Positions 29,652 to 39,512 are shown, counted from the stretch's first letter. The stretch: 64,000 nt of DNA from Bacteroidales bacterium (GCA_024401395.1 JAKSLD010000002.1:29939-93938), one strand, 5' to 3'. Numbers and translations: made by a program. The notes: generated by a model from the letters alone, not told the origin.

Positions 29652-30503
29652 ATGGGGTACATTCATTGGAATCCTCAAATAGACATTTCTATACTTGGCT
29701 TTTCTATTCGATGGTACGGAATACTATGGGCTGTAGGATTAATTTTTGCGGCCTATATTGTAGGACGTCTTTATAAGGCCAATAAAATAGGAGAGGGGAC
29801 AGCCGACAAACTCTTTATATATTGTATGATAGGCATTTTGGCTGGAGCCAGGCTTGGGCACTGTATATTTTATGATTCAGAATATTTCTTAACCAGTTGG
29901 ACACATTTGATCGAAATGTTTGTTCCTATTCGTTTCATGCCAGATGGAGGAATAACATTTACAGGATATGCGGGATTGGCCTCACATGGAGGAGCCATAG
30001 GTGCATTGATAGCCTTATGGTACTACAGCAAAAAATATAAGATGAAATTCCTATTCGTATTAGACTGCATAGCCATTGCTGCACCTTTTACTGCATTATC
30101 GATAAGATTCGGGAATCTCATAAATTCAGAAATCATCGGATGTCCAACGGATGTGCCATGGGCCTTTATTTTTGAAAGAGTAGATAACATTCCCAGACAT
30201 CCTGCACAACTATATGAAGCCCTTTTCTATTTATTAGTATTTATAACAGGTATAATTATATATCGCAAAACTATACTTCGGAACAGCTTAGGATTGGGGT
30301 TCTTTTTTGGATATTGCATAACAAGTATTTTCACATTTCGATTCTTTATAGAATTCTTAAAAGAAGTACAATCTGATTTCGAAGAATCTCTGCTATTGGA
30401 TATGGGACAGTTGCTATCTATACCATTTATCATTATCGGTATATACTTTATATCCAAATCTCTAAAAGCTGTCAAGGACAAACTGCAAAACCAGAACCTC
30501 TAA
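29652..30503 (+). CDS. lgt: Prolipoprotein diacylglyceryl transferase
   Basis: Lgt signature (YGILWAVG…; GLASHGGAIG). Seven TM helices. Confidence 0.85.
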   Translation: MGYIHWNPQIDISILGFSIRWYGILWAVGLIFAAYIVGRLYKANKIGEGTADKLFIYCMIGILAGARLGHCIFYDSEYFLTSWTHLIEMFVPIRFMPDGGITFTGYAGLASHGGAIGALIALWYYSKKYKMKFLFVLDCIAIAAPFTALSIRFGNLINSEIIGCPTDVPWAFIFERVDNIPRHPAQLYEALFYLLVFITGIIIYRKTILRNSLGLGFFFGYCITSIFTFRFFIEFLKEVQSDFEESLLLDMGQLLSIPFIIIGIYFISKSLKAVKDKLQNQNL

Positions 30504-30545
30504 GTAGATATACACGTCAATGGCATCTCCTTTGGTAGGCCTATA

Positions 30546-30572
30546 GAAGTCCCTTGTTCATCGTAAATTTTT
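30546..30572 (+). repeat. Solo copy of the 30-bp repeat unit (GAAGTCCCTTGTTCATCGTAAATTTTT)
   Basis: Direct orientation relative to the units at 29379 and 29446. Immediately downstream of lgt. Confidence 0.65.
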
Positions 30573-30690
30573 AAAAATACAGGTACGGGGGTAGCTTGAG
30601 GATTTGAGTCGTTTTTACTGTCGAGGTATAGGAAATGAGTAACAATACTACTATATTTGCTATATCATGAACAACTAAATAAACAATACT

Positions 30691-31278
30691 ATGGAGAATA
30701 TTGTTGGATTATATGAAGCGTTAACACCTGAGCTCAAATTCTACTGGGTCATAGCTATCGTTGCCACTTTAGTTTTTGCGATTCAGATGATACTCACATT
30801 TATCGGGATAGGCGATACGGATGTAGATATGGATTTCTCGGGCGGAACGGACGGCAATACGCTTGATACCGGGGGAACCATGCAGTTGTTCAGCGTACGA
30901 AATGTGGTCAATTTCATGCTTGGACTTGGCTGGGGCGGTGTATGCTGGTCATCAGTCATAGGCAATCCCATATTACTAGCTGCGGTTGCTGTTGCCACAG
31001 GCATTCTGTTTGTCATTATTTTCATTTTCCTATTCAAAACTGTCATGAAGCTTGAGAGCAATGGAGCATACAAGATAGAAGATTGTGTAGGCAAGGCGTG
31101 CGATGTGTACCTACGTATTCCTGCTGAGAGAGGCGGGCAAGGCAAGGTGCAGGTAAGCATAGGCGGTGCTGTACATGAGATAGCTGCCGTAACAGATGGG
31201 GAGCAGCTGCCAAGTGGAGCGAAAGTCGTGATACTTAGCCTAATAGACAAGCACACCGTATTAGTCAGTAAAGCGTAA
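30691..31278 (+). CDS. NfeD-family membrane protein (partner of flotillin)
   Basis: N-terminal TM helices plus a C-terminal OB-fold (…VHEIAAVTDGEQLPSGAKVVILS). Immediately upstream of the SPFH gene. Confidence 0.75.
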   Translation: MENIVGLYEALTPELKFYWVIAIVATLVFAIQMILTFIGIGDTDVDMDFSGGTDGNTLDTGGTMQLFSVRNVVNFMLGLGWGGVCWSSVIGNPILLAAVAVATGILFVIIFIFLFKTVMKLESNGAYKIEDCVGKACDVYLRIPAERGGQGKVQVSIGGAVHEIAAVTDGEQLPSGAKVVILSLIDKHTVLVSKA

Positions 31279-31310
31279 ACAGAATTATAAATAATAACAA
31301 CTAAAAAAAG

Positions 31311-32690
31311 ATGATAGAACCTTCATTACTTATTGTAATTGCGGTTGTAGTAGCAGTGCTTATGCTTATTGCGCTCATCAACCGCTATCGTCGCTGTCCT
31401 TCGGATAAGATACTTGTAATCTACGGAACCAGCGGCTCAAAGAAAAGTGCCAAATGTGTACACGGTGGCGGTGCATTTGTCTGGCCGATAATACAAGACT
31501 ACGCATACCTTTCGTTGACACCTATAGGTATTGATGCCAATCTTACCAATGCATTGAGTCGACAGAATATCCGTGTAGACGTACCATGTCGATTCACGGT
31601 AGGTATCTCTACAGAAGAAGAGACCATGGTAGCGGCTGCAGAGCGCTTGCTCGGACAAAGTGCGCAGCAGATTCAGGAACTTGCCAGAGATATTCTCTTC
31701 GGACAGCTTCGTCTGGTTATTGCAACGATGTCCATCGAGGAGTTGAACTCAGACCGAGACAAGTTCCTAGAGGCCATTACAGCCAACGTTGAGGTAGAGC
31801 TCAAAAAGATTGGCTTGAAGCTTATCAACGTAAACGTAACAGATATCAAGGACGAGTCGGGCTATATTGAGGCTCTCGGTCAGGAAGCCGCAGCAAAGGC
31901 AATCAACGAAGCCAAAGTTCGAGTAGCAGAGCAAGAGAAGATAGGTGAAATCGGTAAAGCAGAGGCAGACCGAGAGACACGTATCCGTACAGCAGAGGCA
32001 AACGCACAAGCTGTAAAGGGCGAGAATGAAGCCAAGGTAAATATTGCGCAGTCAGATGCAAGTCGTCGTGAGGCAGAAGCAGAAGCACAACGCAGAGCGT
32101 CGGCAGCAGAAAAAGTAGCGCAAGCCAAGGCACTTGAGGAGGCATACGCAGCAGAGCAGAAAGCAGAAGAGGCGCGTGCGGACAGAGAGCGTTCGACACA
32201 GACAGCCAACGTCATCGTTGCTCAGGAGATTGAGAAGAAGCGACTAGTGCTTGCTGCCGAGGCTACAGCAGAGCAGAAGCGAGTAAATGCCAAAGGTGAG
32301 GCTGATGCTATCTTTGCGAAGATGGAAGCTGAAGGTAAGGGTCTGTATGAGATATTGACAAAGCAGGCACAAGGTTATGACAAGATGATTCAGGCAGCAG
32401 GCGGTGATGCTACAAAGGCATACACATTACTCTTGCTAGAGAAATTGCCAGAACTAGTCAAGACACAGGTTGAGGCTATTAAAGGCATACAGATTGACAA
32501 GATTACTGTTTGGGACAATGGTGGTGCAAACGGCAATGGTCAGACCTCTACAGCCAACTTTCTCTCGGGGCTTATGAAGAGCGTTCCTCCACTTGGAGAA
32601 TTATTCGACCAAGCAGGACTATCGTTACCTGAGTATCTAGCAAAGAAGAAAGAAGAAGAGCAAAAGCCAGATACTCCAACAGAAGGATAA
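31311..32690 (+). CDS. Flotillin-like SPFH (band 7) protein, YqiK/FloA-like
   Basis: N-terminal TM, SPFH domain and a long Ala/Glu-rich coiled coil (EAEAQRRASAAEKVAQAKALEEAYAAEQKAEEA). Confidence 0.85.
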   Translation: MIEPSLLIVIAVVVAVLMLIALINRYRRCPSDKILVIYGTSGSKKSAKCVHGGGAFVWPIIQDYAYLSLTPIGIDANLTNALSRQNIRVDVPCRFTVGISTEEETMVAAAERLLGQSAQQIQELARDILFGQLRLVIATMSIEELNSDRDKFLEAITANVEVELKKIGLKLINVNVTDIKDESGYIEALGQEAAAKAINEAKVRVAEQEKIGEIGKAEADRETRIRTAEANAQAVKGENEAKVNIAQSDASRREAEAEAQRRASAAEKVAQAKALEEAYAAEQKAEEARADRERSTQTANVIVAQEIEKKRLVLAAEATAEQKRVNAKGEADAIFAKMEAEGKGLYEILTKQAQGYDKMIQAAGGDATKAYTLLLLEKLPELVKTQVEAIKGIQIDKITVWDNGGANGNGQTSTANFLSGLMKSVPPLGELFDQAGLSLPEYLAKKKEEEQKPDTPTEG

Positions 32691-32712
32691 ATAAGAAACG
32701 AATACAAACGAA

Positions 32713-32753
32713 AGAGGCTGTGTCAAGATGAAGACACAGCCTCTTTTTTTTTC
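32713..32753 (+). terminator. Strong rho-independent terminator (AGAGGCTGTGTC-AAGATGAA-GACACAGCCTCT then T9)
   Basis: 12-bp perfect stem followed by nine T residues, right after the flotillin stop. Confidence 0.7.
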
Positions 32754-32780
32754 ATAATATTTTTTGGACTTTGTGCCACT

Positions 32781-33290
32781 TCAATACTCAGCAACGGGAT
32801 TTGACAAGAATTGTGTGTTTTCTTTTTTGTAAAAGCATTGAAGAAAATACATCAGCTGCATTCCTTCGTTTGATTGCATTTCTATCGAAAAGCATATGTT
32901 ATTACTCATGTTAAAGAGTAATATATATTCTTTGCTTCTACAAATCACAATATTCTCTACTACATTACTATTATGCTGCTTCATTTTACAATAAATCACC
33001 CCCTTTCCAAATTTTCCATTTCTAAATGTGCTTTGCTTTGCATTTTTTATAGCGGTGGCAATAAGATTCTTTTCATGTGTATTTAAATGATGCAAATCTT
33101 CTACGGTTATTTGGGTCAAGTAATTTTTTGTACTAACAAACGTATTGCCTGTAGCAGATAGTGTTTGGCTTATGTATACATCTGAAATATTATCCAGATT
33201 TATGACGTTATTAGTTGACGAACAACTTATGAATAACAAGCAAAACAAGAATACATGGAGTGAAAAGGAAAGACGTGTTATCTTTTTCAT
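32781..33290 (-). CDS. Hypothetical lipoprotein in a locally AT-rich segment
   Basis: Lipobox …LLFISCSS. No recognisable domain. The surrounding ~600 bp are much more AT-rich than the neighbouring genes. Confidence 0.4.
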   Translation of the reverse strand: MKKITRLSFSLHVFLFCLLFISCSSTNNVINLDNISDVYISQTLSATGNTFVSTKNYLTQITVEDLHHLNTHEKNLIATAIKNAKQSTFRNGKFGKGVIYCKMKQHNSNVVENIVICRSKEYILLFNMSNNICFSIEMQSNEGMQLMYFLQCFYKKENTQFLSNPVAEY

Positions 33291-33410
33291 ACGACACTAA
33301 TTATAAGAGAGAAAGTAAAAGATTCTAATGGTGCAAATGCGACAAATATATTGACAAATGCAACTTATCAGTATAATATTTTCAGAGGCAGACAAGAATT
33401 TCTCTTGGTA

Positions 33411-33448
33411 TAAAAAACAGAGGGCGTGTCGATCTTGACACACCCTCT
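33411..33448 (-). terminator. Rho-independent terminator for the minus-strand GH31 gene
   Basis: Stem AGAGGGCGTGTC / GACACACCCTCT (one mismatch) with an A-run on the plus strand, which reads as a T-run on the minus strand. Confidence 0.5.
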
Positions 33449-33488
33449 TTGTAGCATATCAATGTCTTCTTTTGCGTGGATAGCTATA

Positions 33489-35744
33489 TCAATATGTTGT
33501 TTCCTTAACCTTAGACCAATCAATCTTATCAGTTGATTGAGCTACTGGCACATGCTTGAGTTTAGTACCCTTCTGTACCATGAGGACGATAGGTATTTCG
33601 CCGACTTGAACTTCATTCCATCCTGGGTTATAAGTCTTACCAGTCTGGTAGTCGACCCACTTAGTCTTACCAGGGAGATATACAGTACGACTAGAACCCT
33701 CCTCAAACATAGGAGCCACGAGAATCTTGCTACCGAACATATACTGATCCTCTACTAACCAAGCGCCTGGATCGTCTGGGAATTCGAGCAAGAGAGCACG
33801 CATCATAGGGAGACCCTTCTCTGTACAAAGTTTAGCCTCGTCTACGATATAAGGCATCAACTTATACTTCATTTCAGCCACCTTACGGAAGTAATCCACG
33901 AAATCCTTATTGTAGAGCCATGGTTCGGTAGGAGGAGCACCGTGAACGCGAGAATGAGAAGTGAACATACCGAAAGGCAACCATCTTCGGTACAATCCCT
34001 CTGGGCATGACTGAACGAAGCCGCCTATATCGTGGCTCCAGAAAGAGAAGCCCGAGAGGCCGAATGAGAGACCACCGTGTAGAGTCGAGAGCATCGCTGC
34101 ATTAGTATTAGCTGCATCGCCCCCCCAATGAAGAGGGTAACGTTGAGAACCAGCCCAAGCAGAACGAGACCAGATGATACCATCACCGGTAGTTGCCTTA
34201 GTTATTTCGTAGACAGCCTTATCATAGCGAACAGTATAGATATTATGCTCGTACAGGCCAGTTCTACCAGAAGCATACAAGCCGTTAGTCACAGGAGACG
34301 CCTCACCGAAATCCACTTTAATAGCGCCGACACCCAACTTGAGCAAGCCAGCCAATTTATTCTGGTACCACTTAACAGTCTCCTTGTTAGTGAAATCCAG
34401 TACGACATCCTCATAAGGGAGCGAGCCATTAGCATTCTTAACATACATACCCTTGTCAACCAACTCCTTAAAATAGGTATTCTTTGGGGTAAAATATGGA
34501 AGTTGCCACAAAGAGATATGGAAGCCCTGCTCCTTCAGATCCTTGACCATCTTGGCAGGGTCAGAGAAACGATCCTCAGCAAACTTATAGTCGCACTGCC
34601 AATCGATACCGAACCAGCCAGTATCGAAATGGATTACGTCAGATGGGATTCTATTGTCGCGCAACTGCTTAGCTATTTCGTAGCCCTCCTCCTGAGAGAA
34701 ATAAGTGATACGGCTCATCCAAGTACCGAAAGACCATAGAGGTGGCATTTCAGGTTTACCCACCAAGTTGGTATACTCATCAAGAATCTCCTTAGGAGAA
34801 CCGAGCATTACGAACATATCCAAGTTCTCATCGGCCATAAAAAGTTTCTGAGTACCTATATAAGTAGCGCCGAAATCGGCAGTTACAGGTGCAGAAGTAT
34901 GGAGAAATACGCCATAACCCTTATTAGACATATAGAAAGGGACAGGCTTATACATCATATCAGTCTCAGGGCCCTGAGGGTCGGTCACGAACATATTAAT
35001 TTTCTGACCCACCTTATTGAGAGCAGTAAACGACTCACCGCAACCATATATTCTCTCGTTAGGTGCGAGAGAAAGCATAGGAGCGATGCTGCGAGAGTTA
35101 TCTGCGCCACGCTTGATGAAACAGAAAGGAAGAGACTTAACCTGTGTGGTGTCATTATCAAGGAGGTGACGCGTCTGTTGGATAATATTACCCTTAGCAT
35201 CCTTGATTACTATACGCCAAGGGTGGCGGTAGATAGAGATAGTACCATACTTAGAAGTGTACTTAACCTGATCCTTAGTTGCGATATGACTCCAAGCAGA
35301 ACTTGTCGGAACATCGCCAGCCAACATCACCTCCTCAGCTGCAGGCACGTCGGGGTGGATATTAGACGTATACATACGGATACGGAACGTACGTTCAGTC
35401 ACGAAATCGATCTTGAAATCCAGTTCAGGATCATTATCGTATGCTGGAGTAGGGAAATCGAGCATATCTAGGCGGACAGGCCATGAGCCATTAGTATTGA
35501 AAGCCTGACGAGGCTCAAGAGAGTATCTACTCCATTTGATTTTACCCTCGCCCTTTGTTGCATCGAAATCAGAAAGAGAGTCGGCGAAGAAATACGTATT
35601 TGCGAAATTCCCGAAATCGGCAGAGACATCTATGGGCTGACTCAACAGTAGGTTCGGGCCAGTAGTCTGGTGATACTGAGCTGAAATAGGGGCTATTGAA
35701 AGCATAGTTGCAGCCAGTAGCGATGGAAAAAAATAGTGTGACAT
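33489..35744 (-). CDS. Glycoside hydrolase family 31 (alpha-glucosidase / alpha-xylosidase-like)
   Basis: Signal peptide. GH31 catalytic-region motifs IHFDTGWF (the hxDxxW nucleophile region) and GAIKVDFGE (the K/V-DFGE acid/base region). 751 aa. Confidence 0.8.
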   Translation of the reverse strand: MSHYFFPSLLAATMLSIAPISAQYHQTTGPNLLLSQPIDVSADFGNFANTYFFADSLSDFDATKGEGKIKWSRYSLEPRQAFNTNGSWPVRLDMLDFPTPAYDNDPELDFKIDFVTERTFRIRMYTSNIHPDVPAAEEVMLAGDVPTSSAWSHIATKDQVKYTSKYGTISIYRHPWRIVIKDAKGNIIQQTRHLLDNDTTQVKSLPFCFIKRGADNSRSIAPMLSLAPNERIYGCGESFTALNKVGQKINMFVTDPQGPETDMMYKPVPFYMSNKGYGVFLHTSAPVTADFGATYIGTQKLFMADENLDMFVMLGSPKEILDEYTNLVGKPEMPPLWSFGTWMSRITYFSQEEGYEIAKQLRDNRIPSDVIHFDTGWFGIDWQCDYKFAEDRFSDPAKMVKDLKEQGFHISLWQLPYFTPKNTYFKELVDKGMYVKNANGSLPYEDVVLDFTNKETVKWYQNKLAGLLKLGVGAIKVDFGEASPVTNGLYASGRTGLYEHNIYTVRYDKAVYEITKATTGDGIIWSRSAWAGSQRYPLHWGGDAANTNAAMLSTLHGGLSFGLSGFSFWSHDIGGFVQSCPEGLYRRWLPFGMFTSHSRVHGAPPTEPWLYNKDFVDYFRKVAEMKYKLMPYIVDEAKLCTEKGLPMMRALLLEFPDDPGAWLVEDQYMFGSKILVAPMFEEGSSRTVYLPGKTKWVDYQTGKTYNPGWNEVQVGEIPIVLMVQKGTKLKHVPVAQSTDKIDWSKVKETTY

Positions 35745-35837
35745 AGTAAATATTAATATTTATTTGTCAAAGGTAGTAATATTTCAATAAAAGCACACAT
35801 TTGAGGGAGAAAAGAGGCCATGGAAAGATAGCGTGAG

Positions 35838-35853
35838 GTATAAGGGAGCGTTA
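35838..35853 (+). repeat. Copy of the dispersed motif (GTATAAGGGAGCGTTA), followed by a short TGCGTATATG tandem
   Basis: Related to 7943-7977, 44507-44545 and 60624-60645. Confidence 0.4.
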
Positions 35854-35960
35854 TGGGTGCGTATATGATGCGTATATGGTGCGTTAAGGTTGCTCGTAAT
35901 TTTTTATTTTATGAAGAGAAAAGAGAGTTATCTTTGCGAGAAGAAATACTCGTTAGAATT

Positions 35961-37136
35961 ATGACATATCAAGATATAAAAGAGTACGCTGAGAGCGTGT
36001 TTGAGTATGTACGTGGAGTGCGCAGGGATTTACACAGGCACCCTGAGTTGGCATTTCATGAAGAGTGGACATCGGGATATGTAGAGAAAGAGCTGCAAAA
36101 GATGGGGATAGCATACGTCAAAGGCTTTGCGGAGTATGGCATCAGAGGAATCATTGAATCGGGGAAAGACGGAGAGACTATAGTATTGAGGGCAGATATG
36201 GATGCGCTGCCGATAGAGGAAGACGAGAGACACGAGATAAAATCGGAAATCAAGGGAGCAATGCACGCTTGCGGTCATGATATGCACACAGCTACCCTAC
36301 TTGGCGTGGCAAAGATACTTATGGAGACAAGAGAGCAATGGCAAGGAAAAGTTGTGCTATTATTCCAGCCTAGCGAAGAAGTGTGGCCTGGGGGAGCGAT
36401 AAGAATGCTGAATGACGGAGTGCTAGATGGGTATACGCCAAAGATTGTGATGGCAAATCATGTGATGCCAGATTTAGAAGTAGGGAAAGTTGGGTTTCAT
36501 GGTGGCACATATATGGCATCGGGAGATGAGATACACATCAGGATAAAAGGGCATGGCGGTCATGGTGGCGTTCCACATCTGCTTACGGACACAGTATTGA
36601 CTGGAGCCCAGATACTTGTGGCATTGCAGGAACTAGTAGCCAGAGAAGTACCTGCGAACATACCTACAGTATTGTCATTCGGCAGATTTGAGGCATTAGG
36701 AGCTACCAATATCATACCAGACGACGTGTATCTTGCAGGAACACTTCGCACTATGTCTGAAGAGTGGAGGGGAAGAATGAAGGCAAGAATAAGAGAAGTC
36801 GTGTCGGCACTGTCCACAGCATTCCGCGTAGAGACAAGCATAGACATAAAAGACGGGTTCCCATCGGTATACAACAATCCAGAATTAACAGAACAAGTAC
36901 GACAAACAGCCATATCAGCTATAGGACAAGAGAATGTTGTCAATATGGAGGTGCGCACAACAGCAGAAGATTTCGGGTATTATACACAGAGATACCCTTC
37001 GGTATATTACAGATTTGGCGTAGGAGAGAGTGGAAATGTGCATACGGCGCAGTTTGACCCAGACGAGGAGTCGCTCAAGACATCAGTAGCTGTGATGGTT
37101 GCCGCAGTAATGGATATGTGCAAAAGCAAGAATTAA
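35961..37136 (+). CDS. M20D-family amidohydrolase (N-acyl-L-amino-acid amidohydrolase / hippurate hydrolase-like)
   Basis: MHACGHD metal-binding motif and M20 dimerisation domain. Start set at the ATG at 35961 (MTYQDIKEYAE…). Confidence 0.75.
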   Translation: MTYQDIKEYAESVFEYVRGVRRDLHRHPELAFHEEWTSGYVEKELQKMGIAYVKGFAEYGIRGIIESGKDGETIVLRADMDALPIEEDERHEIKSEIKGAMHACGHDMHTATLLGVAKILMETREQWQGKVVLLFQPSEEVWPGGAIRMLNDGVLDGYTPKIVMANHVMPDLEVGKVGFHGGTYMASGDEIHIRIKGHGGHGGVPHLLTDTVLTGAQILVALQELVAREVPANIPTVLSFGRFEALGATNIIPDDVYLAGTLRTMSEEWRGRMKARIREVVSALSTAFRVETSIDIKDGFPSVYNNPELTEQVRQTAISAIGQENVVNMEVRTTAEDFGYYTQRYPSVYYRFGVGESGNVHTAQFDPDEESLKTSVAVMVAAVMDMCKSKN

Positions 37137-37684
37137 AGAGACATATACCAGACCACACCTATAGCGACCAAAGCCAAGCTATATGCAATGAGGCCTAAAA
37201 TACTATTAAGGACAATCGTCCTACGAGTCACCAGATGGTCGTAGACAGTCGCTCTGCTATCGAAGTTCAGTATATGATAATGTTCCCTTATCATTGAAGC
37301 AGCCTCTTCATCCTCGTTTTTTATATGAGCCAGAAGAAGATGCTTCTGAACGGCACGTTCCTTACGATCGTGACATATACTGACGACCATTAATATGACA
37401 GCGACAATACCTGTACAGAGAATTCCGGAAGTCACACTCACGAAATAGCCCAGCAGGAAAATAACGGGAACAGCTACGCAACTCAGCATAATAAACTCCC
37501 TGACGGCATCCAAACGCAAATCCAGACTTGCATCCCAATATAAACGACGGTACTCTTCTGGTATTGGAATATTATTCTCACGATTCTTGATATCCATCAA
37601 GAACTCCGTCTGGGATGGCATTTTGTTCTTCTGAGTCCTGCTACTGACGAAGGAAAGCAAGTTGACAGGATGATACTTTCCCAT
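37133..37684 (-). CDS. Hypothetical two-TM membrane protein downstream of an NfeD-like gene
   Basis: No recognisable domain. Two hydrophobic segments. Confidence 0.35.
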   Translation of the reverse strand: MGKYHPVNLLSFVSSRTQKNKMPSQTEFLMDIKNRENNIPIPEEYRRLYWDASLDLRLDAVREFIMLSCVAVPVIFLLGYFVSVTSGILCTGIVAVILMVVSICHDRKERAVQKHLLLAHIKNEDEEAASMIREHYHILNFDSRATVYDHLVTRRTIVLNSILGLIAYSLALVAIGVVWYMSL

Positions 37685-37685
37685 A

Positions 37686-38147
37686 TTAAGCCTTTTCTAC
37701 AAGGATAGTATTATTGTCCAACGAGACAACCTTAACTTCCGTACCTTGGTCTATGAAAGCTGTAGCCTTTACCTCCAGATAGCCATATTTATCGAACTTA
37801 GCCTTTCCGAAAAGGTTAAGACGAGTTGCTGCTATACCTGTATCGCCTACGGCTATGGTAGTTGGCTGTTCATTTACCTGAGAATCTATCTTAGAATCAA
37901 GACTTAGCTTTTTACGTATAGCTGAATTCCACAACAATGCACACAGGAGAATGAGAACAAGTACTACTCCTGCCACTACACAGAGAGCGACGGCTGTTCC
38001 ATATTCTTGATTAGCCAGATATGCAGCTCCAATTACAGATGCAGTTCCCACAATTCCTGCGATACCGATACCAGGAATCAATAATATTTCTGCGAGGAGA
38101 CAAAACAGACCTATTATGGACAATAAAACAATTAAAGCGGTTGTCAT
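37686..38147 (-). CDS. NfeD-like membrane protein (short form with C-terminal OB fold)
   Basis: TM helices plus a C-terminal beta-rich OB-like region (IAVGDTGIAATRLNLFGKAKFDKYGYLEVKATAFIDQGTEVKVV). Confidence 0.55.
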   Translation of the reverse strand: MTTALIVLLSIIGLFCLLAEILLIPGIGIAGIVGTASVIGAAYLANQEYGTAVALCVVAGVVLVLILLCALLWNSAIRKKLSLDSKIDSQVNEQPTTIAVGDTGIAATRLNLFGKAKFDKYGYLEVKATAFIDQGTEVKVVSLDNNTILVEKA

Positions 38148-38195
38148 TTTTCTAGTTGTTATTAATGCTATTGCAAAGGTAATAATATTATTTAC

Positions 38196-38504
38196 TCATA
38201 CAAGAACTATCTCAGAAATAAAGACAACCACACAACATATCACAGCAACCTGGAATAGATTTGCGCCCTTCCAGGCTGAGAACATACCGATGATGAACGC
38301 CAACAACCCCGCTATGGGAGACTGTGTGGCTTCGACTATAGCCGGGAACGTCATCACAGATAAAGTCACGTATGGGACATAATATAGGAATGAAGTAATG
38401 AATTCATTCTTTATCTGTTTTCGCAGCAAAGTCATAGGTATCACCCTTATTAGGTATGTGACCCCTATCATTATTGCCATATATATGTATACGTTATGTG
38501 TCAT
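38196..38504 (-). CDS. azlD: Branched-chain amino acid exporter small subunit AzlD
   Basis: ~100-aa protein with three TM helices immediately after azlC. Confidence 0.7.
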   Translation of the reverse strand: MTHNVYIYMAIMIGVTYLIRVIPMTLLRKQIKNEFITSFLYYVPYVTLSVMTFPAIVEATQSPIAGLLAFIIGMFSAWKGANLFQVAVICCVVVFISEIVLV

Positions 38505-39223
38505 ACCTCTTCCTCCTCTGTAGTTTTATGTGGAAACAATAGAGCTGCGACAGATGAAATGATGACCGTCAGAATAATGATGCGCGTTCCTCCCGACAAA
38601 TCTGAGACATATGGGAGATAATTAGCAGCCAGACTCATCGCGAAACTGATAGACACGAGCCAGAACAACACCTTGTTCTCCTTTGCCGGTGGAATAATAA
38701 TTGCGATGAACATACCATATAGAGCTACACTCAGGGCACTTACGATATTCTTTGGCAATATATCTCCTGCTATACACCCGAATGCGGTTCCGCTAGCCCA
38801 GAAAATGGCAGGCAATATAGCAGCGCCGTAAGAGTACCAAGGATTTAAGGATCCCTTTCTGGCTATGGCTATAGCAAACAGTTCATCCGTCAGGTCCAAA
38901 GCCATTACAAATCTATGGATTACAGGGGTCTTGGCTGAGATACGCTGACTCCAGGCGGCACTCATCAGCAGGTAACGAGCATTGGCGATAAATGTCATCA
39001 ACGCCACCTCGGTATATGTCGCCTGAGCCGCTATAAGAGAAAACCCGATATATTCACCTGCAGAAGCCATACAGAAGAAACTTGTCCAGAAACCCTGACC
39101 TGCTGTCAGTCCTGCATTGACTGCTATGATACCTAAAGAAAAGGATACGGCGAGGTAGCCCAAAGCTATCGGGATTGAATCTCGCATTCCTTCGCGAAAG
39201 GCTGTTTTATTGGTCTGTAGCAT
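38501..39223 (-). CDS. azlC: Branched-chain amino acid exporter AzlC
   Basis: AzlC family polytopic membrane protein (…DSIPIALGYLAVSFSLGI…). Confidence 0.8.
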   Translation of the reverse strand: MLQTNKTAFREGMRDSIPIALGYLAVSFSLGIIAVNAGLTAGQGFWTSFFCMASAGEYIGFSLIAAQATYTEVALMTFIANARYLLMSAAWSQRISAKTPVIHRFVMALDLTDELFAIAIARKGSLNPWYSYGAAILPAIFWASGTAFGCIAGDILPKNIVSALSVALYGMFIAIIIPPAKENKVLFWLVSISFAMSLAANYLPYVSDLSGGTRIIILTVIISSVAALLFPHKTTEEEEV

Positions 39224-39442
39224 TGTCTATTCTAATAGTAATGCAAAGTTAGAGATTAAATTGTTAAAAAGTATTTAATAATCGATACAATATAAGGCAG
39301 GGTAAACAGACCTCTTTTCAAACAAATTGAGATTATTTCTGATTTTGAGCGAACAAAGGGAAGAAAAATCGTGTTTTGTCGGTCGCTCAATAAAAAAAAT
39401 GCCTCATTTAATCCGAAAAATAACAATTACAAGGCTCACTGA

Positions 39443-39512
39443 TATATTTGCTTACACATTAAAACATTTTATCTTTGTTAACTTGCAGATTAAAAGCAAA
39501 TAAGTACCTTTG
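39443..39512 (+). promoter_or_regulatory. Three Bacteroides-type -7 promoter motifs (TATATTTG, TATCTTTG, TACCTTTG) in the leader of the ATP-grasp cluster. A 10-bp-stem hairpin lies upstream at 39345-39390
   Basis: Matches to the TAnnTTTG consensus of the Bacteroides primary sigma factor at 39443, 39470 and 39505. Confidence 0.4.
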
